DNA of 64,000 bases, taken from assembly GCA_013265495.1 (NCBI GenBank), contig MU057781.1:870001-934000 (forward strand). The letters are read 5' to 3'. Within the stretch, counting starts at the first letter, position 1; each line of letters begins with the position of its first letter. Both the position numbers and the translations under genes were made by a program. The notes under the pieces are model-generated. The model saw nothing but the letters and a program-made list of their open reading frames with translations. It made no database searches and was not told the origin of the DNA. This stretch comes from Vicugna vicugna. Its lineage: Eukaryota. Shown one piece after another: positions 59,928 through 64,000 of this stretch.

Positions 59928-60335
59928 TGGACCCCGGGAGCCTAGACCCCGGACCCTGAGCCCCTGGACCCGAGCCCCGGATCCTGGGACCCTGGACCAG
60001 GACACTGAGCCCTGGGACCCCGGGACCCCGGGACCCAGGACTCCAGTCCTGAACCCTGGCCCTGAGCCCTGGAATCCTGGTCCCCCAGCCCCGGCCTTCA
60101 GACTCCATGGGTTGAACCCTACGGAGTCCCTAAACCCCGGTCCTAATTCCTGTCCAAGGTCCCCAGATCCTGACCCCAGACCCCTAGTCTGAGGACCCCA
60201 TACCCTGAACTTGGCCCCAACCCTGGTACCAAATCTCGACCCCAGAACCTCAGCCCTGAGCCCTGGTCCCCAAAACCCAGCCCTTGTCTCCCAAAGCCGG
60301 ATCTCTGACTTGTGGCCTCTCACTCCCGACCCTCA
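59928..60335. repeat. Degenerate ~7-bp C-rich repeat (GGACCCC/GAGCCCT/GAACCCT) at the start of INPP5A intron 1
   Basis: Recurrent GACCC/GAGCCC/AACCC units over about 400 bp. Confidence 0.8.
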
Positions 60336-63300
60336 GTGGCCCTGGCGCTGCTCGTCCGCCTGCCTCGCTGCCTGCCTGGCAGTCTGCGGCTGCTCTGAGG
60401 TGTAGGCGCCCTCATTTTACCTTGTAACTTAGTATCTCTCTAGTTTGCAAACAAGGGGCTTCTGTTGAAAGCCCTGGAGGACTTTACGTTTCTTGTTTAT
60501 TAAAGAGAAAGATGCGGAAAGCTTTTCAAGGCCAGAGAAAAGGATGCTGACAGTCCAAGGCCTTCACCTTCTGGGGCCTCCCACCCAGGCACCCGAGGCC
60601 CTTGGGAGAAGTGCCAGCCGAGGCCCGGTGCTCCCCACGCTCCCGAGGCAGGCCGAGGCTGACCTAGTTCGGCGTTGCAGCCACGGTGCCACCCCGCTGT
60701 TGGTACTTACACTGCCAACCCAAATAAAGCAGAACGCGTCTCCAAGTGGCGTGCTTGTTTAAGAAAAAAGGGTGATGGCCCAGATGGAGCCTGAGGTGGC
60801 CTCGCACTGCCCTCCCCGCCCTCCCTGGGTCAGCAGTGGGGTGGCCGCTTCGGGGTGCAGATCACTGGTGCAAACGCCACTTCCATCCCTGCTTCTGCCC
60901 AGCCTCCCGGTGCTGGCAGCAAGCTTGGGGTAAGAGTTTCAGTAGGCTCAGTTCATGGACAGGCAAGGTGTGATTTTATTAATGAAAGGTAGGCGCTGTT
61001 TTGGCGTTTTTCTTATTTTGACTTCCGGGCGCCATGTATTACACTCCCCTGCTGGACATGAGCTGCTTGCCCTCTGACTGTCACGGACAGGACAACTCTA
61101 TCTAGTTTCGCGTTTGATCCTTTTCTACAAAAGTGCTCGCTATGGGTGTGTGTCTATATATTTAGCGTTCTATTCTCGGCTTTCCAGTAACATCCACTAG
61201 AACATGGTTTCACTCAGATGATTCAGATCCGTTAGTTGTGGCTTCAAAGCCTCAGAAATGTCAGGAGAATGAAGCATGGTGGGGCACTGCAGTCTCAAAG
61301 GGAAAAGAATTTTGCTGTGCAAACATTCTTTCCAGTAATCTTTGATTCCTAGTTCTAGCATTTTTGTTGTGTTTCGACTGTACACGCACACTTCTTGTTG
61401 ATGTGAAAATGGGTAACTTCATTCATTCTTGTTTAGCAACGTGGTCTCTCTGAATGTTCATTTTTCTCAAAGTCTGTGTGGGGTTTTGCATCATGTTTAT
61501 ATCGGGAAGGAACATTTATTTTGATAAACAGTGCACAGGTTAATTCTGCAAGATATCTTTGCAGTATCTGTCCTAACCCCTGGGTTTCTGACTGTGTGCA
61601 GCTGGGTCCAGAGGGCAGGAGCCGTCCTTCCTCAGTGGTGTGGAAAGGCAGGGGTGGGCGTTAACCAGTCCCCTTGGAAGCCTGGTGGGTGGAAACAGCA
61701 AATTCTTGAGTGAAGGAAATTTTAACTCCTCGGTTTACTGTAGGTTTCGGAAGATCTGCTCAGTGACTCTCTCTGTGTGACGTGTGCCCATGCTGACAGA
61801 CACTGTCTTCAGATGGTGGCCAGGCCTGGGGAGGGACTCGTTCTTGCCAGGCTTCTCCATCTGGAAGCCAAGCTCTGCTGTGCGACCAGGACTCACAGTG
61901 GGCGCCGGTGGCCTCTCCTTGGAGGGCATGGGCCGAGGAGGAGGGCTCTGACTTGGAAGCAGACGGGCCCTGCTGGGAAGGGCACGGTTCCCTCTCGTGC
62001 ACACGGGACAGGTGATGCGTGTTTGCTTTTGCAGTTTTGTGGTCATCCCTTGTCTCTTCCTCCCCGTCCAGCGCGACTCCCTGAAGCTCTGGATGTGAAC
62101 TGTGACCACGGTTTGGCCCTGACATCCTGCGACCCAGAGGGCGTCTTATCTGGCAGGCTGCTGTGTTCTTGTCAGCACACCTGGCTCCGTCGGGTCCCAG
62201 GGTGGCGTGGCTGCTCTAGTCCCCACAGAGGCCCATCAGGTGCTCCTCCCCCTGTGATGTCACACACAAAGGTGAAGAAGACTTGTTTACACTGGTCCTC
62301 AAACTTCTACCCTTGCGTTCTTAGGAGTCATGGAGGACCCCGAAGAGTTCTCGGCCATGTAGCTCGTGACACCAGTATTTACCGTGCCAGGTGCAGGGGC
62401 TGAGAAAGTGGCAGCAGCTGTTAGAGGATGACGTCATCACACGTCACACAGGGCTCCCGCCCGGACGGAGAGGGTGGAAGGTGACCCATTGTGCACACTG
62501 TCAAGGGCGTAGCTGTGTGGCCTGTCCAACCCCGACCAGGGCTCTGGACCCTCACCCGCAGGACCCCTGTCCTAGCTGGGGGCCCTCCTGAACCTGCGGG
62601 GAGGAGCGTCTCCCTGGCAGGGCCTCGGTGTGACTGGGGCTGCCTGTGCTGTCTCCAGATTGGCCTTGGAGGGCCCCGGGCTGTTCTGTGGTGCCCACGC
62701 GGGGCCCAGCTGTTGCCACCCATTTGCCCGCAAGGAGTGGCTGGGCGGGCAGCTCACTGTTCTGCTTGAGACGGCTGGATTTTCCATGAGTGAGGTTTCT
62801 AGCTTTTGGTTCTTTGTGTGTTGTTTTCTTTTCTTTTCTTTTCTTTTTTGCTAGAAGTGAACTGAGAAGGTGCATTCTTGCAGGCTGTGGTTTCAAAACT
62901 CGGTCCCACCCTTACATGGTAAGGCTGTTTCTTGGGAAGGAGACTTAGCCAAGCGGTAGGATTCTGAGAGCACAGCTCGCTCTTGGGTGTCTGCCTGGAG
63001 GGCCCTGTCCTGTTGCTTATTCGGAGCTGCATGTCAATTTTGAGCTGGTTTCCCTTTTTCTCCACCCTACCTGGGGATTGCAGAGCGCTGTGCGGTGGCC
63101 CCCAAGCCCCTCCCCTGGGCTGGGCGGGGTGGCTGGGGCCTCGGCGCCCTCAGTTGTGCCCTGGTGGCCTGGTTCCCATCCCACCTGGGAAGCTCCCTGA
63201 CCCTGTGTCCCCTCCAGCTACCACAGGGTGTCCTCTGTCTCCTCCACCTCAAAGCTGCGTGCGGGGCCGTCCCTTCCTCTCCTCCCCACCCCCACCCACT

Positions 63301-63404
63301 CCAGCTCAGGGCGAGGTGAGGTCCGCTGGGACCTCGTGCTGGGCCGTCCATCCATCCCAGTCCTGTTCACTTGCTCTGACAGCGTGGATTCCTCTGCTTC
63401 TTCC

Positions 63405-63990
63405 AGGAATGTTGTTTGATGATGGCGTCACGTGAAGTGTACGATCTGCTGGCCTTTAGTGTGTTCACAGAGCTGTTCAGCTATCTCCACGGTCAGTTTT
63501 AGCACTTTTTTTTGTACCTGAAAAAGAATAACTCCGTGGCCTTAGCAGCCACCCCACCCTGGCCAGTTCCCTCTACCTCCCCTGGACCCAGCCCCTGGTC
63601 ATCACCAGTCCACTTCCTGTCTCTGTGTGTTTACCTTTTCTGCATGTTTCACGTGAATGGAGTCATGCACGTGGCCTTGTGCATCGTGCCTTCAGAGCCC
63701 AGCGTGTGTCAGCGCCCGACTCCGGTCGGCGTGGCGCGGTCCCGCTGTGCGGCTGGGCTGTGCCTTGCTCCCCCCTCACCAGCTGGCGGCCGCTTGGCAG
63801 CCTGCACCTTTGGGCTGTGGTGGACACTCACTCCCGAGACTCCTGCTGGGCACGTTCCCTGGGTGAAGACTTCTGGGTTTTGGTGACTCGCGTTTAACCT
63901 TTTGAGGAACTGCCAGCCGCTTCCCCATTCTGCATTTCCACCAGCAGGGCGGGAGGACTGATTTCTCCACATCCTTTCTCGCTCGGTCTT
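63405..63990 (-). mobile_element. L1MB/MC-type 3' end, antisense, in INPP5A intron 1
   Basis: TTTAGTGTGTTCACAGAGCTGT, CACTTCCTGTCTCTGTGTGTTTACC...TTTCACGTGAATGGAGTCATGCAC and TTTAACCTTTTGAGGAACTGCCAG...TTCCACCAGCAG. Confidence 0.88.
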
Positions 63991-64000
63991 CTCTGTCTTT

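Larger units (their letters stand above)
58780..59940. promoter_or_regulatory. INPP5A: CpG-island promoter of INPP5A
   Basis: Sharp rise in CpG density around the first exon; full CRE TGACGTCA at 59333-59340; GC box GCCCCGCCCC at 59541-59550. Confidence 0.88.

Noticed and set aside
59338..60323. Antisense ORFs (256 aa, 146 aa) over INPP5A exon 1
   Set aside because: Products of CpG-island composition, the 7-bp intronic repeat and the N gap.
59921..64000. Further INPP5A coding exons
   Set aside because: I found no acceptor-flanked frame encoding the expected continuation (PENLQKNWLREF-like); exon 2 appears to lie beyond the window.

Overview
This is GC-rich mammalian genomic DNA, probably camelid (a camelid-type tRNA-derived SINE lies at ~38.4 kb). 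It is not prokaryotic: there are no operons, rRNA/tRNA genes or CRISPR arrays. The only protein-coding sequence I can support is the first coding exon of INPP5A (type I inositol-1,4,5-trisphosphate 5-phosphatase): ATG at 59840, 25 codons, GTAAGT donor at 59915, inside a CpG-island promoter partly hidden by a 175-N gap. The first ~58 kb is upstream intergenic DNA with L1, L2, MIR, MaLR and SINE relics, minisatellites, microsatellites and a second gap flanked by a duplicated VNTR. Nearly all supplied ORFs are spurious products of high GC or repeats; the L1 ORF2 remnants at 15.6-16.1 kb are real but decayed. I found no new multi-gene system. The best leads are regulatory or evolutionary: two uORFs in the INPP5A leader (one in frame, ending at TGA-C), a perfect four-pentamer heat-shock element, two AP-1/MEF2/MEF2 modules with the same order, three full CREs around the INPP5A start, an orphan ETS/CRE promoter-like element, and strong AT-to-GC drift of old repeats. 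Repeat family names come from recalled consensus similarity, not a database search.
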